From an uncultured Pseudomonadales bacterium (GTDB lineage: Bacteria; Patescibacteriota; Microgenomatia; UBA1400; PJMF01), in contig CAZWWE010000005.1 in assembly GCA_964637295.1 (NCBI GenBank), positions 1-63,363 of the forward strand: a DNA stretch of 63,363 nucleotides, in the 5' to 3' direction. Made by a program: the position numbers and the translations under genes. The first letter of the stretch is position 1, and each line of letters opens with the position of its first letter. Shown here piece by piece: positions 35,027 to 45,058 of this stretch. The notes beneath the pieces are model-generated. The model ran no database searches and was not told where the DNA came from. It saw only the letters and a list, made by a program, of their open reading frames with translations.

Positions 35027-35180
35027 TTTTACATTCTGCAGTCAGTCACACTCCACTAAAATATTTACTTCTTTAAACTAACAATCTTTTTTTCGTTCAG
35101 TGAAGTCACTGTTTATTGACATTAAAGACTTTTAAGTTAGTCAGTCAGCTCATCCAATGGACTGACTTCAGAATGTAAAA
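35027..35180. repeat. 154-bp element bounded by 21-bp terminal inverted repeats (MITE-like or long hairpin)
   Basis: TTTTACATTCTGCAGTCAGTC (35027-35047) against GACTGACTTCAGAATGTAAAA (35160-35180); 20 of 21 complementary. Confidence 0.55.
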
Positions 35181-35204
35181 CTTCAATAAGTATTATAACA
35201 GTTA

Positions 35205-35235
35205 ACCAAATAAGAAAATATGCTTCAGCAGAAGC
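35205..35235 (-). terminator. rho-independent terminator after the helicase gene
   Basis: Minus strand GCTTC-TGCT-GAAGC followed by ATATTTTCTTATTT. Confidence 0.5.
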
Positions 35236-36411
35236 TCAATCGCCAAGAATAATTAGTTCTTCTTCGGCTCTAGTCACAGCCGTATAAAGCCAACGACGCC
35301 AATCTAAATCAGACATTTGTTTGAAACGTTCTTCAAAAAGGATAACTCGAGTAGCTTGACTACCTTGTGCCTTATGAACCGTCAGTGCATAAGCAAAATC
35401 AAATAAGTCTGCTTGTAGGGTTAAAGCACGATTTTCTCTGGTGAAATTAAGAGCGCTACTTGAACCAAATTGCTTTTTCACGGCTAAACCCTCGAAAAAC
35501 TGTTCTTCATCATCAAATAAAATTTTTAAATCATAAAAGTTTTCATCTTTACTTATAATTCTTTGCAACGTACCTAACATGCCATTAAAAATTCCTTTTT
35601 GTTGATTATTGCGTAAACAAATAATTCGATCTCCAGCTTGAGGCAAAGGAGAATCGAAACCCAAAATATTGCGCAAATAATTATTTAATTTAATGCGGGT
35701 ATTATTGTAGCCACATAAAATCAAAGTTTCCTGATTATATTGTTGTAGATAATTCTCGATAATTTCTTGCGACTCTGGATCGTTTTTAGCTAATTTACGC
35801 ACCCCTTTACCATAATTACCTACTTTAATTTGACCATATTTTCTGGCTTCAATCGATAATTTGATAATTGGGTTGTCTGCTACCTGGCGATGAATTTCTT
35901 CTAGTTTAATTTCTGGTTTTTCCATTAAATTGAACTGACCGTTAACTGGAGGTAATTGTCCATGATCCCCCACTGCTAAAATTGGCACATCGTAGGAAAG
36001 CAAATCTTGCCAAATTTTATAATCAACCATGGAAGCTTCGTCAATAATAATTAGATCAGCCTTGATTTCTTCTTTGCGTTTCCAGCCCACAATTTCGTGG
36101 CGCTCATTTTCGATTACGCTATAAATCAAAGAGTGAATTGTCCCTACACTATCACCTTTATATAAAACCTCATGACCTTGAAGATAATTTTTTAAAACTC
36201 TGGCCGCCTTACCAGTAAAAGCGGCAAAAGCTACTTTAAGCTTAGAATCCTGTTTGAATAGAAGTTTGCGTAGAATCGCGATTAAAGTAGTTTTGCCTGT
36301 ACCAGCATAGCCACCCAAAGTAATAAATTGTTTATGATCCGTCTCCTTGGCATACCACTTTAAAATACTTTGCAGAGCTAGTTTTTTGTCGTTAGAAATA
36401 TCCATAAACAT
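35236..36411 (-). CDS. SF1B RecD/Pif1-like DNA helicase
   Basis: GYAGTGKTT Walker A, IIDEASMV Walker B, C-terminal TVHKAQGSQ and YTAVTRA motifs. Confidence 0.85.
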   Translation of the reverse strand: MFMDISNDKKLALQSILKWYAKETDHKQFITLGGYAGTGKTTLIAILRKLLFKQDSKLKVAFAAFTGKAARVLKNYLQGHEVLYKGDSVGTIHSLIYSVIENERHEIVGWKRKEEIKADLIIIDEASMVDYKIWQDLLSYDVPILAVGDHGQLPPVNGQFNLMEKPEIKLEEIHRQVADNPIIKLSIEARKYGQIKVGNYGKGVRKLAKNDPESQEIIENYLQQYNQETLILCGYNNTRIKLNNYLRNILGFDSPLPQAGDRIICLRNNQQKGIFNGMLGTLQRIISKDENFYDLKILFDDEEQFFEGLAVKKQFGSSSALNFTRENRALTLQADLFDFAYALTVHKAQGSQATRVILFEERFKQMSDLDWRRWLYTAVTRAEEELIILGD

Positions 36412-36476
36412 TTACTTTTTTATAATGCAGGCTCCAAACTTCAATCATAGCCCATAGAAGGAGCTCTGGGCAAAGA

Positions 36477-37625
36477 CTATGCGATTAACATGGCATCACC
36501 AAAACTAAAAAAGCGATAGTCATTCTCGAGAGCATGCAAATAAGCTTGTCCAATCTTGGAGTGTAAAAAATCTGTAAACTCTTGTCTAGTATTTGGAATA
36601 GAACAAAAAGCCGACACTAACATCAATAAGCTTGATTTTGGCAAATGAAAATTGGTAATAAGAGCGTCGACAAAATTGAATTGGTATGGTGGATCAATAA
36701 AAATATTGGTTTCTTGAGCCGCTGCTGAAAGTTCTCTCTGAGAAGCGGATAAAAGCACCGCTGATTCTAAACTACGAGTCGTGGTTGTGCCCACGGCGAT
36801 AATTCTTTTACCAGCTTTTTTAGCTTGATTGAGGCGATCGGCAACCTCCGCTGTAATTTCATAATATTCGCTGTGTAAAGTTTTAGAAGCTAAATTTTCA
36901 CTGGTTAATTTAGCAAAAGTTCCCAGTCCAACGTGTAAAGTAATTTTTTCAATTTGCACACCTTTTTGTTTTAATTTAGCCAAAAGTTCTTCGGTGAAAT
37001 GCAAACCCGCAGTGGGCGCTGCCGCCGAACCTTCTTCCTTAGCGTAAACTGTCTGGTATTCTGCTTTTATTTCATCTTCATTTTGAGTTGGTTTAATATA
37101 TGGCGGCAAAGGTGTAAAACCACACAGATCAATCTCTGCTAAAAGAGTGGCGTTACTTTGGTTAAATCTTACTTGCACCTTAGCACTATTTTCATCTCTA
37201 AAAATTACTTCTGCTTGCAGAAAATCACTAAAATCTAAATCGGCTGACAAGCTGCCATCACTTTCCAAGAAACTTCTTCTAGGGAAAAATAATCTCTGAC
37301 CCATTTTCAAACCTGGCTTGGAAATGGCTTCAAAAGTATCTAGATTGATTTGTTTGATCAATAATAATTCGACTTTGCCACCACTTTGTTTTTTGCCAAG
37401 CAACCTAGCAGCAAAAACCTTGGTTTCGTTGAGAACCAAAACATCCTTGTCTGACAGAAAATCAGCTAATTCATAAAAACGGCGATCTTCTAGTGCACCA
37501 GTTTGTCGATCTAAAACTAACAGTTTGGATGTATCGCGAGGAAAAACTGGTTGATTAGCAATCTTTTTTTCATCTAAAGGATAATCATATTTAGCTAAAA
37601 CATCTTGAAGATCATCATCAAACAT
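36477..37625 (-). CDS. queA: S-adenosylmethionine:tRNA ribosyltransferase-isomerase
   Basis: PLPPYI, GSAAAPTAGLHFT and AVGTTTTRSLES motifs. Confidence 0.9.
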   Translation of the reverse strand: MFDDDLQDVLAKYDYPLDEKKIANQPVFPRDTSKLLVLDRQTGALEDRRFYELADFLSDKDVLVLNETKVFAARLLGKKQSGGKVELLLIKQINLDTFEAISKPGLKMGQRLFFPRRSFLESDGSLSADLDFSDFLQAEVIFRDENSAKVQVRFNQSNATLLAEIDLCGFTPLPPYIKPTQNEDEIKAEYQTVYAKEEGSAAAPTAGLHFTEELLAKLKQKGVQIEKITLHVGLGTFAKLTSENLASKTLHSEYYEITAEVADRLNQAKKAGKRIIAVGTTTTRSLESAVLLSASQRELSAAAQETNIFIDPPYQFNFVDALITNFHLPKSSLLMLVSAFCSIPNTRQEFTDFLHSKIGQAYLHALENDYRFFSFGDAMLIA

Positions 37626-37667
37626 GGGCTTAGTTTAGCACAAAATTAAAGCCGTCATTTAAATCAT

Positions 37668-38381
37668 TTATGATTTAATCTTCGCTTGATATTCTTGCAA
37701 AAATTTTTCTCTAGCTTCACCCTTCAAATGAGGAATAAAAGGTCTAAAATCAAGAAAAGCCTGGGTGTCACGTTTTAGTAAACTTAAAATTTTATTTAAA
37801 TATTGCTGCAAATCTTCACAATATTTGATATTTTCTAAATAAAAATATTTTTTATTAACCCTTGAGTTGTCTTCGGTAGCTACTCCAGAGCTAGAGGCAC
37901 TTGATCTGGCAGTCAAAGTGCCAATTTTTAAGATCGATTGAGCAATGCCGGCAACTAAGCCTTGATTATTACAGCTGGTATCGACAATCGTTTCTAAAGG
38001 TAAACTTTGATTATAATGGTTAAAAGGCGTGGTATAAATAATTTTTAGCAATCTTTTATTAGTTAAAATCGCCAAACTTTTTTGCCATAAACTATAAACC
38101 CACCACAAACCAATTAAAGCAAAACTACTGCAAAAAACTATTATTAAAGGCAACACAAAAGCAATTGATTGGTTAACAAAAATTTTTTGAAAAGCTAAAG
38201 AAAAAACATAAAAAGCCAAAGAAATTGCTACAGCAAGCAAAACTACAAACATAATTCTAATTAATAAAAACAGGCGATGTTCTCTAGTAATATAAAGAAT
38301 TTTTTCATCAGTAGCTTGACCAGGAAAACGATGGTCATCGTAAGGAAAAACAAATTCTTTAACCTGAAAAATGCTGGACAT
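37668..38381 (-). CDS. membrane protein with bacterial PH-like domain
   Basis: Two TM helices followed by a soluble domain. YdbS/YdbT-like organisation. Confidence 0.5.
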   Translation of the reverse strand: MSSIFQVKEFVFPYDDHRFPGQATDEKILYITREHRLFLLIRIMFVVLLAVAISLAFYVFSLAFQKIFVNQSIAFVLPLIIVFCSSFALIGLWWVYSLWQKSLAILTNKRLLKIIYTTPFNHYNQSLPLETIVDTSCNNQGLVAGIAQSILKIGTLTARSSASSSGVATEDNSRVNKKYFYLENIKYCEDLQQYLNKILSLLKRDTQAFLDFRPFIPHLKGEAREKFLQEYQAKIKS

Positions 38382-38455
38382 ACTTTTGATTATAACATTT
38401 TCTTGTGATAAGTAGTTTGATTGTTTATACTCTAGCCATAGAAAAATACCGTCCT

Positions 38456-39571
38456 ATGTGGAAATATTTGCAAAGAAAAAAGACCTTAACAAAAAAACAA
38501 AAAATCATAATTTATGCCCTGTGCCCAATTATTTTGATTGGAGTAATTGGCCTTTCAGCAATCTATAGCTATCGTTATTTTGCAAAACAAGAAGCTGCGC
38601 CCGCCAAAAACACCCAAAATACCATTGATCAAAATCAAACCATTAATTTAGATCTCAAAAACGTTCAAGAAGAAGATAAAAAAACTCTCAATGTCTTATT
38701 GGCTGGTTATGGCGGAGCTGGTCATCAAGGTGGCTATCTAAGCGACATTATTCAAGTAGCTCATTTCGATTTTGAAAAAAAACAGCTTAGTTTTATTTCT
38801 ATTCCCAGAGATCTGTATTTAATTGATCAAAATCAAATAGGTCATAAAGTTAATACTTTAATGAGCACCGGCATGAGTAATGGTGGTAGCGTCAAAGCTG
38901 GTTTAGAACTAATGCAAACCAGTATTAGTCAAATGATTGGTTTACCAATTAAATATGCTATTGGTATTGATTTTGTCGGCTTCAAACGAGTCATTGGCTA
39001 TGAGCTCAAAAGCATTGAAGTTGAAGTTGGTCAAACTTTAGAAGACGCCTGGTATCCAATTGAGGGCGCGCAACTCGATCCCTGTGGTTATAGCAGCGAA
39101 GAAATTGCCAATTTAACTGCTACTTATAGTGGCTTTGAATTGGAAAGCAAGTTTGCTTGTCGCTATGAACATCTCTTATATAAACAAGGCAAAGTTATTA
39201 TGGAAGGTCATGACGCACTGGCTTATGTTCGTTCACGTCACAGCTCTAGTGATTATGATCGTAGCCGTCGCCAAGTTGAAGTATTGACTGCCATCCGCAA
39301 TAAACTATTTAAATTAGAAGCTCTTAAATATCTGCCCAAATTCTATGAAGCTTTTGCTAAACATGTCACTACAAATTTAGATTTAGAAAGCGCCCAATAT
39401 TTAGCCCCATTGTTAGTTAACGCCCATGAATTTGCAATCAAAACCATTAATCTCACTCCAGAAAATGTGCTGCAAAGTAGTAGATCAAGCGAAGGAGCTT
39501 CAATTGTTATTCCCAAAGCTGGCATGAATAATTGGACTGAAATTCAAAAATTCATCAAAGAACAAATTTAA
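38456..39571 (+). CDS. LytR-CpsA-Psr (LCP) family protein
   Basis: N-terminal anchor, SIPRDL motif and ALAYVRSRH motif. Start set at the internal ATG (MWKYLQ). Confidence 0.85.
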   Translation: MWKYLQRKKTLTKKQKIIIYALCPIILIGVIGLSAIYSYRYFAKQEAAPAKNTQNTIDQNQTINLDLKNVQEEDKKTLNVLLAGYGGAGHQGGYLSDIIQVAHFDFEKKQLSFISIPRDLYLIDQNQIGHKVNTLMSTGMSNGGSVKAGLELMQTSISQMIGLPIKYAIGIDFVGFKRVIGYELKSIEVEVGQTLEDAWYPIEGAQLDPCGYSSEEIANLTATYSGFELESKFACRYEHLLYKQGKVIMEGHDALAYVRSRHSSSDYDRSRRQVEVLTAIRNKLFKLEALKYLPKFYEAFAKHVTTNLDLESAQYLAPLLVNAHEFAIKTINLTPENVLQSSRSSEGASIVIPKAGMNNWTEIQKFIKEQI

Positions 39572-40029
39572 TTATTTAAATCTGGAGAAGCACTGGCTTC
39601 TTGATTTTCTGTCACCTCAATATTTAATTTTTGAGCAAAGTAGTTAATGATATCTGGCGAACCAATTAAACACTGACCTTCTGCATATAAAAAAGGCACG
39701 CCAATACTATTAGTATCTAAACCACAACTAGTCGCAACTTTTTTCAACTCGACAGCGTTTTTTTGATCGTCATAAACTTCTTTTTTGGAAAAAGCGATTT
39801 TACTTTCTACTTGATTGGTGGCAAACCATTTCTCGACCTCTTCGCAATGAGGACAGGTGTTGCCATAATAAAAAATTGGCTCAGCATTTTTCAATTCTTC
39901 GATTTTTTGCTCTGCCAATTGTTTTTCTTTATTGTTACTCAAAATCACTACTAGTGACAAAAGTCCGGCAATTAACACAATAATTAAAAGGGTGATGATT
40001 TTTTGTTTCATGTCAGCAAAGTCTAGCAA
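39568..40029 (-). CDS. membrane-anchored thioredoxin/glutaredoxin-fold protein
   Basis: TM anchor plus a CPHC motif. Confidence 0.65.
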   Translation of the reverse strand: MLDFADMKQKIITLLIIVLIAGLLSLVVILSNNKEKQLAEQKIEELKNAEPIFYYGNTCPHCEEVEKWFATNQVESKIAFSKKEVYDDQKNAVELKKVATSCGLDTNSIGVPFLYAEGQCLIGSPDIINYFAQKLNIEVTENQEASASPDLNN

Positions 40030-40077
40030 ATTTTTTGAAAAATTGGTACGGGAAATTTTGAATTTTATCGAAAAAAA

Positions 40078-40587
40078 TCAATAACTCCGACTATCATAAG
40101 CCCAATGCAACAAAGCCTGGCGCTGGACCCTACGACAAGCAAAGTCACCTGGCATGCAATTGCGCTCGACTTGCGCCAAGTGTCGGCGAAAAAGTCGCCA
40201 TCTTTTAATTTGCCGCTCATCTTCGCCATCTGACAAACGACGTCCCATGAAATAACGACAATACCATTGAAACCAACCGCGCGGATCATCTTTATAGATC
40301 CAACCTTTTTGTTGCCAAACTGATAAGGGCTGACTAGCATTCACTTTGAAAAAGTTTAACTCCGGATCATGGAATTGATGACAAAGTTTGGCTTTCTTAA
40401 ACCAACTTTTAGGAAACTCAGCCCGACAATCAGTCATGTACTTCCCACCAAAAACACCCATCTCCAGCATTTCCTTAGGACTTAACTGTGGTTGAAAATC
40501 AGCGTGAAAATTTTGACCCTCGCTTTCAGTCAACTGATATTGATAATCGTTTTGCATCAAATCTTGAACCAAAACTAGTTTCGCCAT
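40078..40587 (-). CDS. conserved hypothetical protein
   Basis: 169 aa. GWFQWYCRYFMGRR segment. Family not recognised. Confidence 0.6.
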   Translation of the reverse strand: MAKLVLVQDLMQNDYQYQLTESEGQNFHADFQPQLSPKEMLEMGVFGGKYMTDCRAEFPKSWFKKAKLCHQFHDPELNFFKVNASQPLSVWQQKGWIYKDDPRGWFQWYCRYFMGRRLSDGEDERQIKRWRLFRRHLAQVERNCMPGDFACRRVQRQALLHWAYDSRSY

Positions 40588-40609
40588 GCTTCAGTTATAA
40601 TATAGCCAA

Positions 40610-41377
40610 ATGCAAAGAAAGCAAAGAGACACCTCTTGGAACCAAGTCGCCTTGTGGTACAACAAAATTGTTGGCGATGAGGGACACTATTATCACGAAC
40701 ACCTCATCATTCCAGGAGTACTACGGCTTTTAGATTTAAAAAATACCGACACGCTAGTTGATTTGGCTTGTGGTCAGGGAGTTTTGGCTCGCAACATTCC
40801 TCATATCCAAAAATATCTTGGTCTTGATCTGGCCAAAAACTTAATCAAGGAAGCAAAACTGAAGAATAAAGCAGCAAACCATGAATTTTTGACTTGTGAT
40901 CTCAGTAAAATTCTTAAAGAAAGAGCAGAAAAATTTGATAAAGCAACGATTATTTTAGCCTTGCAAAACATTGAACTAGCAAGAAATGTAATTCAAAATG
41001 CAGCTAATTATCTCAAAAAAGGTGGTCAGCTAGTGATCGTGCTCAATCATCCTTGTTTTCGCATTCCTCGCCAATCAGGCTGGAGAATTGATGAAAAAAG
41101 TAAACAACAACAGCGCTTTGTTAATCGCTATTTATCTGCCTTAAAAATTCCTATCGACATGAATCCTGGTCAGCAAGCAAAAGACCAAAAAGTTACTTGG
41201 TCATTTCACCATAGTTTGCAAGATTATAGTCAAATGCTTGAAGAAGCGGGTTTTTTAATTAAAAAAATTGAAGAATGGGCTTCAGATAAAGAAAGTGTTG
41301 GTAAAGCCGCCAAAATGGAAAATAGGGCACGAGCCGAAATTCCTCTATTTATGGCAATTTTAGCTCAGTTGGCTTAA
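40610..41377 (+). CDS. class I SAM-dependent methyltransferase
   Basis: LVDLACGQG motif I. Confidence 0.8.
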   Translation: MQRKQRDTSWNQVALWYNKIVGDEGHYYHEHLIIPGVLRLLDLKNTDTLVDLACGQGVLARNIPHIQKYLGLDLAKNLIKEAKLKNKAANHEFLTCDLSKILKERAEKFDKATIILALQNIELARNVIQNAANYLKKGGQLVIVLNHPCFRIPRQSGWRIDEKSKQQQRFVNRYLSALKIPIDMNPGQQAKDQKVTWSFHHSLQDYSQMLEEAGFLIKKIEEWASDKESVGKAAKMENRARAEIPLFMAILAQLA

Positions 41378-42757
41378 AAGTTTTTGTGAGCGTTCTTCAA
41401 TTTCCAAAGCGTGCTTTTTATTTTGACCAAAAATAATATAGGCCAGTTGACCCTGTCTCAAAAGATTGGCGGAAGCAATTACTAAACCCTCCTGACTTTT
41501 TTTATCAAATAAAACTGGTTTTAAAACCGCCAATAATTTTTCAAAAGTTGGAGTAGCTCCATTGGGTAATTTCCAAGCATTATTAGACAAAACATAAGTA
41601 TCGTCCAAAAAATCTTTGCCAATTAATTTTAGGGCCGTTTTGTAAACGTGTGAGCCGCCAGTTCTTCTGGTGTTAGATTCTGAAACGTATAGATCACCAT
41701 TTTTAGCGGCCACAAGATCAACATCATAGTAACCACGATAACCATTGGCTGCATATTTTTCACCGATAAAAAAGCCCATATCAATAATACGGGTCATCAA
41801 ACGATCGTTCATCACATCTTCATTCATTTCCACACCCTGAAAAATACCACTCTTGGTTACTCGCAGACCACAATAATACAAATAATCAATGCGCCCACTT
41901 TTATTAATTTTGAATTCAACGTTGGGAAAACCACCACCCACCGCCGAATTAACATTGATCAAGCTTTCAATCACGATTGGAAATTTATCCCAGTAAGCAT
42001 CTTTTTTGAGCAAATCATAAATCGCTCTTTCACAAGCTTTATATTCAATGGGCAATTCACCGGGGCGTAAAATCAAAACTCCAGCGCCAGAATGGCCCTT
42101 ATTGGTTTTGATCACTACTCCTTCTTCCTTAATGTATTTTTTAGCCGCAATTTTGGCAGCATCAATAATGTTGACGCAAATCAAACCATCGCTCATGATG
42201 AAATCTGGTTCTTCTGCCGCACTTTGCTGAGCCAGTTGACGAATGCCTGATTTACTACCAAAAAAGTTAACTGTCCATGCATCTTCTTCCTCTGGAGCTT
42301 CTGGCGTATAAACCGCAATGCCAGCTTCTTTAAGTTTATTGGCTAAAATCAGAAACTGCTCGCTGGTCGCATAGCTTAATAAAGTCAGTTTTTTAGCATG
42401 ATTAGCAAAATCGATTAACTTAGTAAATAATTCTTGATCACGATAAACATCTCGACAAGTCTCGCCAGAATGTACTTTGGGGGTCAGAATTTCTAGCTTG
42501 CGAATACCAAATAAGTTTTTGTAATACTCAACAAAACTTTCTTGTATTGGTTTGGGACTGATAAAAACCAAATCACTTTCCTCTGAGGTAGTAAACAAAT
42601 CGCGATCAGCTAAATTAGCATTTTCTTCAATCTCTACCGCTCGGGCATGATCATCACTAATAGCCTCTATAAAGGGCCACACATCTTCGGAAAGATTGGA
42701 AATATAGACTGTTTTCTCTGCTTTTTTCAGAGGTATAGGTTCAGTTTTTTCTGACAT
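41360..42757 (-). CDS. ATP-grasp ligase (PGM1-like peptide ligase candidate)
   Basis: 465 aa. VIKTNKGHSGAGV and the C-terminal ESN Mg-binding motif (VSESNTRRTGG). Confidence 0.6.
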   Translation of the reverse strand: MSEKTEPIPLKKAEKTVYISNLSEDVWPFIEAISDDHARAVEIEENANLADRDLFTTSEESDLVFISPKPIQESFVEYYKNLFGIRKLEILTPKVHSGETCRDVYRDQELFTKLIDFANHAKKLTLLSYATSEQFLILANKLKEAGIAVYTPEAPEEEDAWTVNFFGSKSGIRQLAQQSAAEEPDFIMSDGLICVNIIDAAKIAAKKYIKEEGVVIKTNKGHSGAGVLILRPGELPIEYKACERAIYDLLKKDAYWDKFPIVIESLINVNSAVGGGFPNVEFKINKSGRIDYLYYCGLRVTKSGIFQGVEMNEDVMNDRLMTRIIDMGFFIGEKYAANGYRGYYDVDLVAAKNGDLYVSESNTRRTGGSHVYKTALKLIGKDFLDDTYVLSNNAWKLPNGATPTFEKLLAVLKPVLFDKKSQEGLVIASANLLRQGQLAYIIFGQNKKHALEIEERSQKLLSQLS

Positions 42758-42982
42758 AAATCAGGGTTAGCAAACAACCCTAGGAGCTTATTTTATCATA
42801 AATTAGCTATTGTAAAGAAGAATTTTACTTTATCACCATTTGACCTATAATTTGCAATCTGAGGATTAGCTGTTATAATAGCCCTCTCGTTATTAAAATC
42901 ATTCACTGGGTTTGAGCACGCAAAAATCTTAAATATTTGCTTCTTGTCTTTGACCGCTGAAAGACTAAAGAAAGAAGTAAGT

Positions 42983-44191
42983 ATGTATCAAAATAATCGT
43001 CGTCGTTCTAATTTCAATTTTTTCAATCATAGAAATAGTGGTAATAGAAATCGTGGAGGTGGTGGTAGAAGAAAAATCGCCAGCTTCGATCCTTCTATGT
43101 TCATTCAAAAAGCCACCATTGATGAAAAAACAAAATCAACTGTAGAACAATATCAAAATCAACATGCTTTTGCTGACTTTGCAGTTAACGAACAAATTAA
43201 AACCAACTTAGCCACTAAAGGCTATTTAAATCCAACTCCAACTCAAGATCAAATCATTCCTCATATTTTAGAAGGCAGAGATGTGGTTGGCATTGCTAAT
43301 ACTGGCACAGGTAAAACCGCTGCTTTTTTAATTCCCTTGATTGATAAAGCTTTGAAAAATTCAAACACTAAAGTGCTCGTGGTCACCCCTACTCGCGAAT
43401 TAGCGCTGCAAATTAGAGATGAATTGGTGACTTTTAGTCAACATTTGCCCATCTTTTCTACAATTTGTATTGGTGGTTCTTCCATCACTCGTCAAATCGA
43501 ACGTTTGCAAAGAAGACCAAATTTTGTCATTGGTACTCCAGGTCGTTTAAAAGATTTAAGTCAAAGAAAAAAAATCAATTTTGTGCATTTTGACACCATT
43601 GTTTTAGATGAGGTAGATCGTATGCTAGACATGGGCTTTGTCCATGATATGGAAGCCATTATTAGCCAATTACCAGAAGAAAGACAGTCTTTATTCTTCT
43701 CTGCCACTACTAATCAAAAAGTGGAAAACATCATGCAAGGTTTTTTAAAAAATCCGGTGCATGTGATCATTAAATCAGCTGAAAACAAAATCAATATTGA
43801 TCAAAATGTAGTTAGGCTTAAAGGCAGAGTTAAAGTTGAGGTCTTGCACGATCTTTTAATTCAAAAAGAATTCCAAAAAGTGCTCGTCTTTGGTCGTACC
43901 AAGTTTGGCATGGAAAGACTCAGTCGAGAATTAGATAGCAGGGGTTTCAAAGTTGCTTCGATTCATGGCAATAAAACCCAGGGTCAGAGACAAAGAGCTT
44001 TGCAACAATTCCGCGAGGATCGCGTACAAGTTCTATTGGCTACCGACGTGGTTTCACGCGGTTTAGATATTAATAATGTTACTCACGTTATCAACTATGA
44101 TTTGCCAGAAACCTATGAAGATTATGTTCATCGCATCGGTCGTACTGGTCGAGCAGAAAAGAGTGGCGTAGCTTTGACTTTCGTAGATTAA
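42983..44191 (+). CDS. DEAD-box RNA helicase
   Basis: Q motif, AxTGTGKT, DEVD (DEAD variant), SAT, HRIGRTGR. R/G/N-rich N-terminal tail. Confidence 0.9.
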   Translation: MYQNNRRRSNFNFFNHRNSGNRNRGGGGRRKIASFDPSMFIQKATIDEKTKSTVEQYQNQHAFADFAVNEQIKTNLATKGYLNPTPTQDQIIPHILEGRDVVGIANTGTGKTAAFLIPLIDKALKNSNTKVLVVTPTRELALQIRDELVTFSQHLPIFSTICIGGSSITRQIERLQRRPNFVIGTPGRLKDLSQRKKINFVHFDTIVLDEVDRMLDMGFVHDMEAIISQLPEERQSLFFSATTNQKVENIMQGFLKNPVHVIIKSAENKINIDQNVVRLKGRVKVEVLHDLLIQKEFQKVLVFGRTKFGMERLSRELDSRGFKVASIHGNKTQGQRQRALQQFREDRVQVLLATDVVSRGLDINNVTHVINYDLPETYEDYVHRIGRTGRAEKSGVALTFVD

Positions 44192-44207
44192 GTTTCATAA
44201 TGGATTT

Positions 44208-44686
44208 ATGAAAAATCCTGCCAAACTTCTCATATCCGTGATCGGTTGCGAGCTGATTGGCATCTTGGGCACGCCTTTTACCGCCGCTGCTATTCCAACT
44301 TGGTATGTCACGCTGAACAAACCTTTTTTTGCGCCACCCAACTGGCTCTTTGGCCCAGCTTGGACCTTATTGTATTTACTGATGGGTCTAGCCTTTTATT
44401 TAATTTGGAAACAAAATGCTAAAGCTCCAAAAGCCAAAAAATACAAGCGGCCAAAAAAATATTTTTTGCTCAATTATTCTTAAATTTTATTTGGTCACCA
44501 ATCTTTTTTGGCCTACGATCGCCATTTTTGGGCTTGCTCATCATCATTCTAATGTGGATATTAATTATCGCCACCATTTACAAATTTTATTCACTCTCAA
44601 AATGGGCAGCCTATCTATTAATACCCTATCTTTTGTGGGTAACTTTTGCGACAGCGCTTAATGGGGCGATCTGGATTTTAAATTAA
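44208..44686 (+). pseudogene. tspO: TspO/MBR family membrane protein, interrupted by -1 frameshift at an A7 run
   Basis: The N-terminal half is in frame 0 (WYVTLNKPFFAPPNWLFGPAWTLLY) and stops at 44481. The C-terminal half (QLFLNFIWSPIFFG...LLIPYLLWVTFATALN) is in the -1 frame and runs to 44686. The join is at CCAAAAAAAT, 44451-44460. Confidence 0.75.
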
Positions 44687-44689
44687 GAT

Positions 44690-44971
44690 TTATTTTTCAA
44701 GTAAATGAAAAAGGACTTGAACCTGCGGATACTTGGTTTTCAAGGCATTGATTCTTTGCTCAGGCATTTTTTGCAAAAATTTTAGCGAGCGACTTTCTCT
44801 TCTTTCCAAAGCTCTTAAAAACTTGACAAAATCAGTCAATTTGTCTAAATTTAAGCGGCTGGGATCTATCTCCACGAGCCTTGGCAAAGCTGGTGCCCCT
44901 GCTTCAAACCGATGTACGGCATTACTAATTGAATCGATGCGCTTTAAATCTCTTTCAAGTCTTCCGCTCAT
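44690..44971 (-). CDS. hypothetical protein
   Basis: 93-aa ORF with no motif recognised. Confidence 0.45.
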   Translation of the reverse strand: MSGRLERDLKRIDSISNAVHRFEAGAPALPRLVEIDPSRLNLDKLTDFVKFLRALERRESRSLKFLQKMPEQRINALKTKYPQVQVLFHLLEK

Positions 44972-45058
44972 GAGAGTGATTGTAGCAAATTTTTATTAAT
45001 TTATCGGCTAAAGATATTTCTCCTAGACAAAGACGCGTAAATCTGCAAGGATAAAAAT

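Noticed and set aside
44416-44661. The track ORF 44416..44661 as a separate gene.
   Set aside because: It is the wrong (+1) frame across the TspO C-terminal half. The -1 frame gives the conserved TspO sequence through 44686.
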